Shown here: piece after piece, positions 40,242-52,865 of the stretch | Layout: every line of letters begins with the position of its first letter | How positions within the stretch are numbered: the stretch's first letter is position 1 | NCBI GenBank assembly: GCA_020137815.1 | Contig: CM035354.1 | Coordinates: forward strand, 8,432,001-8,496,000 | Length of the DNA: 64,000 bases | Direction: 5' to 3' | From: Hormiphora californensis | Lineage: Eukaryota > Animalia > Ctenophora | The notes under the pieces: model-generated | Told to the model about the DNA's origin: nothing | What the model saw: the letters and a program-made list of their open reading frames with translations, nothing else | Databases searched by the model: none | Made by a program: the position numbers and the translations under genes

Positions 40242-43200
40242 TCATCTAAAGGGAGGGAGGTGAGATACATACATATCTTCACTATCTATGTGCCCGCTCC
40301 ACAACGCTAATACATCACTTAATGTTCTACTACTACCCTCGAACAATGACACTGCTAAATTATCTTCAGTTATAGTTTCCACCAAGGCAGGTGTATAATA
40401 TAAAAAGTTCCGGAGAATTAGTGTAACAAGAATATGCAGACTGCTTGTCAAGGAACTTTCTCCATTCTCCGTCTCGGGTTTAACTTTGGAGAACGTGTTC
40501 TGTACGTCCAGTGTACATAGTGGTCGTTTTGGCAGTGAAGTCATTTTAGGAGCTTTAGCGTGAACATTCTGAAAAACAAAGAGATATTAGCAGAGTGTAG
40601 GAATGTATTACAAAATATTTTCCCGCTAAAACCGAAAATGCCTAATAACCCTAGAACGGGGTGGGCCCAAGATCTGGCCCCACTAGGTTTTGATCAGCTC
40701 ATCGAGCCCGATCGAACGCGACCAATGACGACCTCCCACGATGACCTAAACCCGTAATCCCACGTGGTGCCAGCCACCTGCCAGCCTACCGGAAAAACGG
40801 CTATAACCCCTCAACCATATCTCCGATCGACCTGAAATTTTGAATGCCCACTAATCTAGTGATACTCTATCAGATGGGGGGGGGGGGTGCGACATGTTAA
40901 TTTTGTTAACTTTGTTAACATTAACATCGAGAAAACAGGTGATTTATTAACAAAATTAACAAAAAGTTAACAAACGTTAACAAATGCCATTTATGCCATC
41001 TAAATCCCCTTTAGCACGTATTTTTGGTATTTAACACTTGTTCTGTGAGCAAAGTTGGTCCATCTGCACGATTTACATACCACCGCTACCTCTACACGGT
41101 GTTCATTTTGGATCTTTACAAGCGTTGGGCTTCACCCAGAAAACAGTTGACAAGATTAGGTCGTGAAACTTCATACTTGGACTATTCTATACCCTCATTC
41201 AAGGTTCCTGGGGATTTTGGAGCTCTAGTACCCCGGGAAGTGTGTTTTTGGCATCAAAACTACCAGAAGGAAATTTTTTCTGGTGCTGAGACTTTGCTAA
41301 AATGTTTTTTGGGTATTTTCTATGTCAATCCTAAAGTTTCATGGAGATTGGATGTGTTTTTCGGACTCAAAACTTCATAGAAAGTGGCTGGAAAGACTCC
41401 ATTTTTGCCGTTTTTGAGCCGTTTTCGAGCCTTTCCAGCCACTTTTTACGAAATTTTGAGTCCGAAAAACACATCCAATCTCCATGAAACTTTAGGATTG
41501 ACATAGAAAATACAGTCGGACCCCGATTTAACGGCCCCCGATTTAGCGGCACCCCGATTTAACGGCAGGATAAATTTCCCCCAACAATTTTTTCGAAAAT
41601 TTTTTGAAAATTTTTTGAAAATTTTCCAAAGGTGTTTAAACCACGTCCGAATCGTGTTTCGAATCGGTGCATCTTATTGCAGGTCTTACCCGTAATTAGA
41701 CGGTTCGAAACGAACAGATATGTGATCCCCATGAGGCCAATCGAGTCGCAATTTTGACGCTTGTTAAACTGGCCCCATGGGGATCACGTATCGGTTCGTT
41801 TCGAACCGTCTAATTAGCGACAGGACGTGCGATAAGATGCACTGATTCGAAACACGATTCGGACGTGGTTGATATATCTTTGAAAAAATTTCATAACTTT
41901 TTTTTGGAAAATATTACAGAATGATTGTCAATGCTTTGATCGGTGCTCCCCATGAATTTTCAGAGAAAAAGATATTTTGAAATTCGAATTCTTCCTCACC
42001 CCGCTTAAAGTGCCCCGATTCGGCATGGTATCACGTATCGGTTCGTTTCGAACCGTCTAATTAGCAGCAAGACATGCGATAGCCGATAAGATGCACTGAT
42101 TCGATATACGATTTGGACGTAGTTGATATACCAGTACCTTAGAAAATTTTTATAACTTTTTTTAAAATTTTCAAAATTATTTTATTTTTCTATCCAGAAA
42201 TGATCATGTAATCAATACATGGACATAGCATTTACTTAGAGGTGTTTTAGTATAGTATTTTGGACAAAAATAGGGTTTTATGGGCCAAATATGCTCTACC
42301 CCGATTTAACGGACACCCCGATTTAACGGACAAAACCCTTTCCCCCGAGGGTGCCGTTAAATCGGGGTCCGACTGTACCCAAAAAACATTTTAGCAAAGT
42401 CTCAGCACCAGCAAAAAATTCCTTCTGATAGTTTTGATGCCAAAAACACACTTCCCGGGGTACTAGAGCTCCAAAACCCCCAGGAACCTTGAATGAGGGT
42501 ATAGAATAGTCCAAGTAAGAAGTTTCACGACCTAATCTAGTCAACTGTTTTCTGGGTGAAGCCCAACGCTTGTAAAGATCCAAAATGAACACCCTGTATT
42601 ACGGCTTTTTTACAGCGATTTGTTCAATTGTGTAAATTTTAATAAAAACTAGCCAAACTAAACCGCAATTGAAGTCAAATGACCCTAATCCACATTTTCC
42701 AACCCTAAAAACTAAATAAGACTCATGAATTTACCTTAAAACGAAAAACATCCCAAAAATATATTTTTCTAAAAAAACACAAGGATTTGTAGCGAAGCAA
42801 ATTTTCAAAAAAAAGAGGTGATTTATTAAGCAAAGAGGTGATTTATTAAGCAATTTTTCAAAAAAAAGAGGTGATTTATTAACAATTAACATGTCGCCCC
42901 CCCCATCAGATGGTATCAAACCAGGCCGGGGAAAGGAACCTCTATGGTCCCATCCCTCAATCTCAACCATGGTGGAGACGGCCTCAAAGAAGAAGAAGAA
43001 GATGGTATCAAAATCTAAGTGACCAGGAACTAGTATTATTAGTGCTTATTGGCGAATACGTCATAAATCACATAATTACGGATAATTAGTGAACCGGGGG
43101 TGGTAGAGACCTGTGGGATGGTGCTTATAAGTTATAACTTTTTATAGAGTCCCTAAACATATCAGCTAGTAAAATTTAAAATTCCAGACCCAACTTCCCA

Positions 43201-46200
43201 TAGCCGACCCTACTAAGAATACATTTTTGGCAAATCTGAAATCAACAGAAGTTATCATTTAGCAATTATTTTTTCACCTTCAAGTGGAACTCTAGAGAAG
43301 ATTTTGTTCTGGTACCCGGGGTTTCATCGCAGTTCAGCCACTGACAAGATGTTCCACTATCACGGAAGTGTACTGTCATAAGGTGTTCAGCAAGACTCAC
43401 TGATCGCTCAAACCATCTGGAACATGGGAGATGTGAGAGTGGCCATGTGTGGCTTCACAGCTGCACTGGTCTGACACCCTAATCAAATCATAACACAATG
43501 GGTAGAAAAATGTATCCTGTCCACCCACACGTGTTTCAAAACTTACCCTGTACAGTTTTTCCAGAAACATGGAAAAGGGTGTTTGGTATTGGGCATGTTG
43601 ACAGCTCGGCGCTTCTGTACAGCTGGACGTTCTATTGTTTTCTGATTTGTTGCGTCTCCATCCGAAACGGGTACCTAGGAAATCAGAATTGTTACAACCC
43701 GAAATGGGGGGGGGGGGGGGGGGCGAGCGGAAGCTTACGAACATTTATTACAATTGTAGTTGCCAGGGAATACCTTAGTGAATCCGTTATTCATCTTAAC
43801 GGGAGAGATGAGTTTGATTGGTGCCAGCATGACAGGTTGTCCAGTACTGATCATTGGAGCGGTAGAGTAAACATTGGTGCATTCAGCAGAGGATCTTAGT
43901 GGTTGAGACAGAATATTTTGGTGACCCCTCTTTACTTGAGATAAGGTCTGGTTTGGGATGTATATAACTGTAGGAGAAGCAGCCATCGATTTTGTAGGAG
44001 ATAGAATGGTTAGAGGCTGAGAGTTAACAAAGACTGGTGACAGTACTTCTGGTGACTCCAAAATAACGGGTTGCTTCTGAGGTTGAGACACGAACAAGAT
44101 CGGTTGATTGTGTTTTGTTGGGGAGAGAATGTAGACTGGAGGTTGTTGCTGGTTCAGTAAAATCACTTCCTTTTGATTTGGTTGCTCGGAAAAGCTAACA
44201 ATTTTATAAGTCTGATTCGAAAGGACTACAGTGTTTTGCGCAGCCACAGCGTTTTTGTAGCCGTTTTCTGCCTCTTTGTTCCGTATTGTTGCCAGATTGG
44301 GATTATGGCATAGTTGAACTGAAGCTTGGTTGTTAAGCGGGGTTACTAGGTTGTTCTGCTTCACCTGTATTTCTGTTGCCATGGTTACCAGGTTGTTCTG
44401 CTTCACCTGTGTTTCTGTTGCCATGGTTACCAGGTTGTTCTGCTTCACCTGTGTTTCTGTTGCCATGGTTACCAGGTTGTTCTGCTTCGCCTGTGTTTCT
44501 GTTGCCATGGTTACCAGGTTGTTCTGCTTCACCTGTGTTTCTGTTGCCATGGTTACCAGGTTGTTCTGCTTCACCTGTGTTTCTGTTGCCATGTTGTTGT
44601 CCTGTGATTTCGTTTCCAGTTCAATACCGTTCATAACTGAAGGTTTGACAAGAACTGACGAATGATCCACAACCGGCCGTTTAGAAATAGGAATGAATTT
44701 GTTATTGTTTGTGAAAGTAGCAGGGGTCGGCCCACCAAATGTTGGAGATGTTGTATCTGGCTGCGAAATGTGAGGTTGATCGAAAGTCGGTGAGCCAATA
44801 TTCTCGTTGGAAGCAAGAACACCTGCCTGGTCAAATACTGGGGAGGTTTCACAGGCAATATATGAATGTGACTTAGATCTTATCTCTGCAACTTGGGGGA
44901 CAGGTAACGAAACAGATTCGCCAAAAACTGGAGAGCCTGGTGCGACATTTTCGATTTCTGGGTCTTCACTTTTCTGGAACGTTGGCGAACTAAATTTCTC
45001 TAAAACCTCTGCAGACTGACCAAAAACGGGAGAGCCTGGGTCTTCACTTTTCTGGAACGTTGGCGAACTAAATTTCTCTAAAACCTCTGCAGACTGACCA
45101 AAGACGGGAGAGCCTGGTTCTTCACTTTTCTGGAACGTTGGCGAACTAAATTTCTCTAAAACCTCTGCAGACTGACCAAAGACGGGAGAGCCTGGGTCTT
45201 CACTTTTCTGGAACGTTGGAGAACTAAATTTCTTTATAACCTTAGGGGTTCCGACCTTTCCAGGGATAGGAACATTCATTTTCTTTTTATGTTTATCCCC
45301 AATAACCGCATTCCCGTCAGTCCCTATTGTTATAATACCACCCTCATTGGTTGAAGCTTCTTCACCGAAATCAAGATCGAGAGTAAGAGTTTTCTTATAC
45401 TGCACAAACTGGGAGTGTCTAGCACTGTGAGTGAGAGTATCAAATGGGTTTATAACAAGATCATCTTCCTCATCCTCGTCCTCTGATGCAATGATTTTAG
45501 CTTTCATTATCTGAGCTGGATTTGGCGGTCTTTGCGGCGGTCTTTGCGGCAGTCTTTGTGGCGATCTTTGCGGCGGTCTTTGCAGCGGTCTTTGTGGCAG
45601 TCTTTGCGGAGTTTGTAAAGGACGGACAAGGGGTGTGCGCTTTGTGACAAACTTGTGTGGGGATTGTTTCGGTTGATAATTGTTTTCAGCCTGTAGTATC
45701 GACTCCTCTCCCAGTGTGCCATCCTCATTATAAGTCTCTACTATAATTGTGGGTTCCTCTACCGGATCAGATTCCACGAAATGGGACACTATCCGAGCCT
45801 TCCTAGACTCTCCAACTCCTTTTTTTCGTTTATAGACCTTCCTTTTTCGGGAGGTCTCTATTACAGAACCATCCAGGTCACTAGATTGGTAAGATTCCGA
45901 GGTGACTATCTCTTCCTCCGATATTATAGTGTTGGCCAGGTTGGCCACCTCTTCCAGATCGTCCCTGAAAAGAAAGAAAGAAGTTTAGAAGGGTAGATCC
46001 CACTGAACACGATACCATTCATGAATTTTTTACATTGATTCACAGAGTATGTATTACAATATAATACAATGGGGTCAATTTGAGGTTAAATAATTTAGAA
46101 ATATTTGAACAGATCTATCAAGGCTGACCTTGAACTTCACGGTATAATGGCATATTCCTTGTTTTAGTAACTTACTTAGACATTTCATTGACAATATGTC

Positions 46201-47821
46201 CCTGAAACAGCACATCTACTTCCGGTGGTTCAGGAACTTTAGTAAGCCTGACATTCTCCACGATATAAGATGTAGTTCCTTGGTTACTCTTCCATCTCTT
46301 TCTGACCGCCGTTGGGATGACTTGTTTCAAGGCTGCAAAGAATCCTCTCAGCGCCATGGGTTTATATCCATGGTTATGGAAGTTCTGGAAGTATGGGTGT
46401 AGGATGGCTGCCCTGAAGAAACATATTTGTTTAGAAGATCCTGTCACTTAAATACAGAAAATCAGGGACTTACTGTGAAGCAAACTCATTACTCCTACTA
46501 AACCCGGTGTATTTCCCAATTATTACCTAAGAACGTTGTTTCCTGGTTTGCTCTTCACATTTCTGGTAATCCAGATGTAGGTTTCCTTCTCCGCCTCAGA
46601 AACGTCATCTGGAAGGTGAATCCTGTTTCTTTCTTTGCGTGGCGGGCTCTTCGCTCTCTCTTCTTCAGGTATATCAACTACTGCAGCTGGTACAAGGGGA
46701 GCAGCGGTAGCTGTCTGCTCTGGCAACAGTTCAATACTTTTCTTATGATCCTCTCTCTGCTGTAACTCATACGTTTCTCGTAAACTCTGTTGCCTATCTT
46801 TCTCTTCTTCAAAATGGTTTCCATAGCGACACACTCTCATATTCGTATACTGTAGAGACTCAGCTTGTGTATCAAGAAGAGAGATGAGTGTCGATATTGT
46901 ATGCTTTGAGGCCATTACAAAACTCTTACACACCCTCTCACCTGAAACAGAAATCATAAACAATTAAACAAGGAATAGCCACATCACTCTCCATAATGTC
47001 AGATCACAACATACCTATACTTGTGAAAGTATACATCGTTTCCAGGGTTCTGTGAAGTGTAATAACATCAGGGACCAAGAGAAGTCGAACAAGTTGGGAG
47101 TAATCCTCATTGTTCAAGAACTGACATATCATACCGTGGTTTCCAAACAGCATACTCAGATTAGCAACAACTTCCAGACCTGTGGGGAAACCATATGTTA
47201 AATCGTAGGCGGACTCGACTAGTGCTAACGACCTCTTTATCTAAATTCGATATAGTCTGTATCGATATAGTCTATACAGTTGCAGTGCACCGGGTGCCGA
47301 CAGTGCTCTATCACAGGGTGAGAGCAAATCCAAATTGAAACAAGTTAGTTAGTCAACTTTTGACTAACTAACTTGTTTCAATTTGGATATACCTTACTCT
47401 CCAAAATTAAGATCCAGATAATGTAGCAAACTATAATTAAAATATCTTCTATTAAGCAATCCTAAATCAAAAACACTAAAATTCAAAACCTGAAATTAAG
47501 CAAACCAAAATTACGGTGAATTAAGCAACTCGAAAATAAGAGCAGCCAAATTTAAGAAACCTGTTATTAAGCAACATCACGTGATACATCACGTGATAAG
47601 ACTCAGAGAGAGTTTGTGTTGTAATCTAGAGATAAGGCTACCATGCGCGGCGTTCTGGCACGTGCGAGTCTCAGCGCTGGCAGGAAGGGGGTTTATAACG
47701 AGACTTTCTCAATTCTCACCATTTTATCCTGATCCCTCGGTCACATTGAATCCCCTCGCCCCACCCTCTCTCTCCCTTTCTCCAAAGGTTAGAATATAGA
47801 GAGAGGGGAGAGAGAGAGAGG

Positions 47822-47853
<32 letters not shown>

Positions 47854-49572
47854 AAAAGACTAAAGAAGAGATGGGATGAAGAGAGAGAGAAGAAGAGAGA
47901 GGAGAGTAGAGAGAAGAGAGAGAGGAGAGAGATAGGATGAGAGAGAGCGAGAGAGAGAGAGAGAGAGAGAGATTGGTTTGGTTGGTTGGAAAATTTCAAG
48001 TTGGGCATAAATACAGAATACACAATGTCGAACATACATGTAAAATATCTATGACCCAGTCCCGTGCGAAGAGATACGAGTAAACAGTGGAAAACATGTG
48101 GAAAACATGAGAGAGAGAGAGAGAGTCCAACAGGATCCGGGCTCGGGGGATTTAACCCTGTTCCCACATGGGACCTTACGGCCCCATGTGGGAGTGGTGC
48201 GTGTAGTGGACCGAGAGAGAGAGAGAGGGAGAGAGAGAGAGAGAGAGAGGGGGAGAGAGAGAGAGAGAGAGAGAGAGAAAATGGATGACACCACTTTCTG
48301 TCTACTGTCTATCTGTCTCTCAGTCTCTTTATCTGTCTCTTGTCTTAGGGGAAACTCTAACTGAATGGCATCCCATTAATGGGATGCCATTCAGTTAGAG
48401 TTTCCCCTAACTCATCAGTCATCTCTATCGGTCGTCCTGTCTGTTTAACTTCTTAATTCCTTATCCTTATTCTTTTATAATATCTCTTTCTTTCCTTGTA
48501 CTATAATAGTGAGACTGAGAAAGTTTGAAAGTGTGTATCATGAAGGAATTATGCGATAAGACAGAAAGAATGAAAGGTATTATAGTACATCATCATCAAT
48601 CGATGCTTGTTTCGTAATCACATTCTTGTGTGATAGCCTATCTCAGGGGTACTCAGTTCTCACTATCACTGATAGGGAGAACTCGAGTACCCCTCCCTAT
48701 TGACAGCTAGGGCCGGTTCGGGTTTAAGGGCCGAGAGAGGGAGGGAGAGAGAGAGAGGGAGGGTGAGTGAGGGGGGGGGGGGGTAGGGAGAGAGAGAGAG
48801 AGGACACAGCTCAGAGAGATAGACAGAGCATCGATCAATAAATAGGACCGTTCGGGTCAATTCGGAGTTAATTCGGGGTCATTGTGGAATGTGGGGTCAT
48901 TGTGGGGTCATTTCGATTTTGAGGTCAATTCGGAGCCTCGTTTTAGAGTGCTATATCTCTCCTCTTTCTCTTTTTCTTTCTCTTTCTCATTCTCATTCTC
49001 TTTCTCTTTCAAGAGAGAACATTTTAAAACCCCAATTAGCGCACTGCCGGGGGTACACTCCCCCCCGGGCCCGGGCGGGGTAGGACGGGGGCATCACCGG
49101 GGGGGCCGAGGGGGTGGGTTCAGGGGAAAAAAAACGAAGGGAACTAAACCCCATCAAGAGTTTTGGGTAAAGGAAAAAAAGGGGTTTGATAATGATGAAT
49201 ATTTTGGACCTTTCTTTTGTTTTCCCCCTAAAAAGTAAACTTTACTGTCTCACTTCATTTTGGTCTAAAATATCGGAATGTACCCAAAGGGGGGCAAAGG
49301 GGAGATAGACGAGCGTAGGTAGAGGGATGAGGAATGAAGGAATGGGCTTTTAAAAGAATGGGGGGAAATTCTTTCTTTTAACCCGGGCGTCTATCATTAT
49401 AATCCGTCCCTCCCTTTATCTCTATTGTCCACTATACCTCTTTAGTTTTCCCCTGGATCTGGAAAAGATAGAGAGGATGAAGGAGGGAAGGAAGAAGACA
49501 GAAGGGGAAAGGGGGATCATTTGAGGATTAACGTCGATTGTTTTAAAAGAGAAGGAGAGGAGAGGAAGAGAT

Positions 49573-49606
<34 letters not shown>

Positions 49607-49720
49607 AGAGAGAGGCGAGGAGAAGCAGGGGAGGAGAAAAGGAGAGAGAGAGAGAGCGAGATGAAGACCCCATCTTTCCTCTTTCTCCGCTCTCTTCTCC
49701 GTTCTTCCCTCTCTCTCTCC

Positions 49721-49779
<59 letters not shown>

Positions 49780-52700
49780 AAGATTTACCTCTGTTTTTCA
49801 ACACAAAGACAGATAGACCGATAGACCGATAGACTGATAGATAGACAGACATACTGTAGTCTGAAAATGAAGTTTCATGCATTTAATTTTTTCTCAATTC
49901 TCAATTTTTAGTCATGCCCGAGATTGCTTTATATTATCTCGATGCTTTGCAACACAACCATGACTCCCCCTTCTACATCTTACACTCGTGCGCTATTGGC
50001 TGGAAAGAGTCACGTGATGTACATCACGTGACTCTTCCCAAACACTCTCTCTGTAGGATTTCCCTAATAAAAGTTTGCTTAATAACAGGTTTCTTAATTC
50101 GTGATCTGCACCCTCCAGGATTGCTTAATTTTGCTTAATTTTAGAGTTAGTAATAAGAGGACCCTTAATTTTCCTATATTTTAATTTTGGGTTGCTTAAA
50201 AGCTTGTTCTTAATTTTGGAGAGTAAGGTAGTCTATATCTAAAAGCGGACTCTTTATCTACAGTTTAACTGAATCAATAAGTTGACCAATCGGCTGTTTT
50301 TGAGTCGCATAGTTCTGATACAATGAAATAGTGTTTATTTAAGACTGTATACGACTCGGAGATTTATTCCAGAAAATATAATACGGGACGGTTTCGACGT
50401 TTAACGTCAACATCAGCTCAAATTAATTTGTTTAAAGTAGTTAAGAGCAAGACAAGACATAGCTTGAGAATGTGCCCCAGACAGACCAATTTACGATAAA
50501 TATCAAATCAACCTCCACTGCGTCACACGCAACTTGAAAATCGCTGAGGTGAAATTTTACCTTCTTCAAAGACCAAGACCTTGTCAAAGGCAAAAAGTTA
50601 CCTACCTGACCAAGACCCTCCAGAAGCCCAAACAATGAGTCTCTCTCTCCCAGAAAGGAACTCAACGCTATAGTTACCACATACCCGGGTTGGTATGGGG
50701 GTTTGCCGAGCGTACCCCATGGTTTAGTATCAAAACACCGAGTAAAATATATAGTATCCCATTGTTTGATCTCCGTCAGTATAACGGTGACCTGCATGCG
50801 GGAGGTACTATAACACACTGGCTGTTCTGTCTGTGTATCATAATCATGATAATGTGACTCAGCGCAAAAAGTAGTGCGCGTTCCGTCCAAAGTAGAGTGC
50901 TGTCACTAGATACTTTTCACATAGCAACATCAAATAAACTTTGCCCGCGCAGGATGTTATGCAAATTTGAGCTGATGAGCACAATATTATAATAGCAAAA
51001 ACATGATAAACAATAAATAATAAAATGATTTAGAATCTGTTTCCTTACCATTGAGAAGCAAGAATCGGTCCTCACTATTCAGGTTTGTTCTTATAGTCTG
51101 GAAGAGTTGGGGGCAATGCTCTGGTATCTCACTTAGTAATATCTGTGTGGGCAGGATGGGTAAGGGCAGCTGGAATCATTTCTTACTATTTAAGAAAAAG
51201 TTTTTTTTTCCAAACATTTGTTTGTCCCTGACACAAAAAAGATAACAAATATACCCTCACCCAGCACCCCACATATTGTATTACCTCTTTTGTAACAAAA
51301 GACAGGATTTCCAAAGCGTTGTTTCGTAAAGGGGTACACCTTGATTTAATTCCCTGCGATAAACACTGTTGGCGTGTGTGTTTCAAAGGAAGTACTAGGC
51401 AAGGAAAATGGGATATAATACACTATGAATGAAAACCAAGGTAAAATATCTGACCTGGAAAATGAAGGGCAGGAAGTTTTCTCTGGCTAGGAGGAACTGG
51501 ATATTTGTTGATGTATGGCAAAGGTTGCTCATCACTGTTAATATCTGAAAAAAACACAGTTAAACAGGGCCGGGATTTGAACAATATCACTGTGGTGTAT
51601 CTTATTCTAATCCTCCTTTACGAAGCTCGTGAAAAGGGGGTCGAGCTAGGCAAGGTGTATCACTGTCGTGTCACAATGTCAGTATGGGAGTGGGACCTAA
51701 CTCGTCTAAGTAAGCCTTACCTGAACTGTCTGAGTTCTCCAAGAAATATCACCAGTGTTAAAAAAGCATTCATTATCAGATTTATCAGTTACACTTTCTC
51801 TCCAGAACTCTCCCTGTTCCTCATTTTCCCAATGGCTGTCGACTAGGAACCCGGTATTAGCCAGCAGCGCGGTGTACAGGTTGGGGTACTTAGGGAGGGG
51901 TAGTGACCACCCTTTAGTTAGCCACAGGAGCACGTTAACACCAAACTGAACCTCGTTAGGAAGTCCACTTTGAAGCTGTCTGATTACAGGCTGAATGTTG
52001 TATTGTTCTGCGGGGGGTTTTGTAGATTAAATAGTTGTAGTTAATCACCGCAAACAGGGGAGAAAAATAAATAAAATTATTTTGTTCAGTTGACCATGTT
52101 ACCTGGGGCACCAGTTACTTTGGCCAATTTCAAATCGTCTCTGGTAGAATGATTGGTACTCCTCTCTAGGAAACTTGCTCTTTTCGGGTTCAACCGGCAA
52201 AACTATTTTCTTTTTAGCACCTTCATTTAATGGCGGAGAGCGGTTATTCTGCATTACTTTTCAAAGCATTATTTGGAGAAACGTTGCTGTTATTCTCCAC
52301 TCCCTCAACCACGTATTTCCAGTACACCCGAAAAAGGATAAGGGCGCTGGCCTCATCAGGGCACCCCATCTCCGTGGATATCTTGCCCCAACTGCCCTAA
52401 AATAGAATTAGAGTTTAGGTCCAACACATTCGGGAGGGGGGGGGGGGGGTGTCCAATGTCCATAAACCAAAATCAGGATATTACTTTTACAAATGGACTA
52501 CCTGGACAGTGGAGCCTCCTCCACGTCTACTTACCACACATGGTTCGTAGCTGAAGTCTCCTTTAGCTTCTCTTATTCCATATGTCAGTAGGTAAAGTTT
52601 ATAGAGATCGACTTTCTTGTTATTCACTTTTATCGGACATGTAAGTCTGTGAGAAAATTTGGGTTAGTTTACGAAAGGGGAATGGAGCCACAATTTATTT

Positions 52701-52817
52701 TTCCCTGAGAATTTCACAAAATAAGCCATGAACTTACCCCTGTTTTTGTGTGAATGATTGTAGTTTTCTATTGAAGGTGTTCCTCTCGAGTGGACTATAA
52801 CACTCCATGATAACCAT
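40242..52817 (-). CDS. ARID2: ARID2 / BAF200 (PBAF subunit): ARID, ARM-like region, RFX winged helix, long low-complexity exon, two C2H2 fingers
   Basis: ARID exons (FNRKLQSF..G; KVDLYKLY; SW.KISTEMG.P..LFRVYWKY); LQSGLPNEVQFGVNVL..LLANTG (human LLSGLPNEVDFAINVC..LLANAG); RFX-like exons 46170-46600; FPCFWKNC.GWF..LAEHLMTVH..CQWLNC..FHLK|NVH; last exon LVTLILRN..EDNLAV stops at 40242. Confidence 0.93.
40876..42904. mobile_element. Poly-G-ended TIR element in the last ARID2 intron, with a long internal inverted repeat
   Basis: (G)nTGCGACATGTTAATT ... AATTAACATGTCG(C)n; TSD ATCAGAT(GG); arms 41100-41370 vs 41455-41512 plus 42376-42590. Confidence 0.85.
41513..42375. mobile_element. Tc1/mariner-type MITE, same family as 35508-36358, nested at a TA in the previous element
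   Basis: TA|CAGTCGGACCCCGATTTAAC ... GTTAAATCGGGGTCCGACTG|TA; removing it restores the host arm GAAAATACCC. Confidence 0.9.
44340..45612 (-). repeat. Coding tandem repeats in the large ARID2 exon: 42-bp x6, 78-bp x~3.5, 12-bp x~7
   Basis: MATETQVKQNNLVT; KFSSPTFQKSEDPGSPVFGQSAEVLE; QRPP/QRLP. Confidence 0.9.
47392..50228. mobile_element. ~2.8-kb TA-flanked non-autonomous TIR element in an ARID2 intron; interior microsatellite-rich and noisy
   Basis: TA|CCTTACTCTCCAAAATTAAGA ... TCTTAATTTTGGAGAGTAAGG|TA; subterminal AAGAAACCTGTTATTAAGCAA inverted at ~50075-50097. Confidence 0.8.
48345..48410. repeat. Perfect 66-bp palindrome (Harbinger/Tourist-like mini-element)
   Basis: TTAGGGGAAACTCTAACTGAATGGCATCCCAT-TA-ATGGGATGCCATTCAGTTAGAGTTTCCCCTAA. 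Confidence 0.9.
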
Positions 52818-52865
52818 TTCATCTAACCTTCTAGAGATAATCAGAGGGTTGGGCAACGATGTCTT

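Noticed and set aside
41024-42592. Duplicated ORFs FILDLYKRWASPRKQL on opposite strands
   Set aside because: Chance translations of the inverted arms of a non-autonomous element.
43735-45948. Stand-alone 737-aa gene
   Set aside because: It is an internal ARID2 exon: acceptor at ~45965 and donor at ~43773, splicing in phase to the zinc-finger exons.
50441-50890. 149-aa ORF in the ARID2 intron as a transposase or RT
   Set aside because: No DDE, YxDD or GIY-YIG motif visible; non-ATG start.
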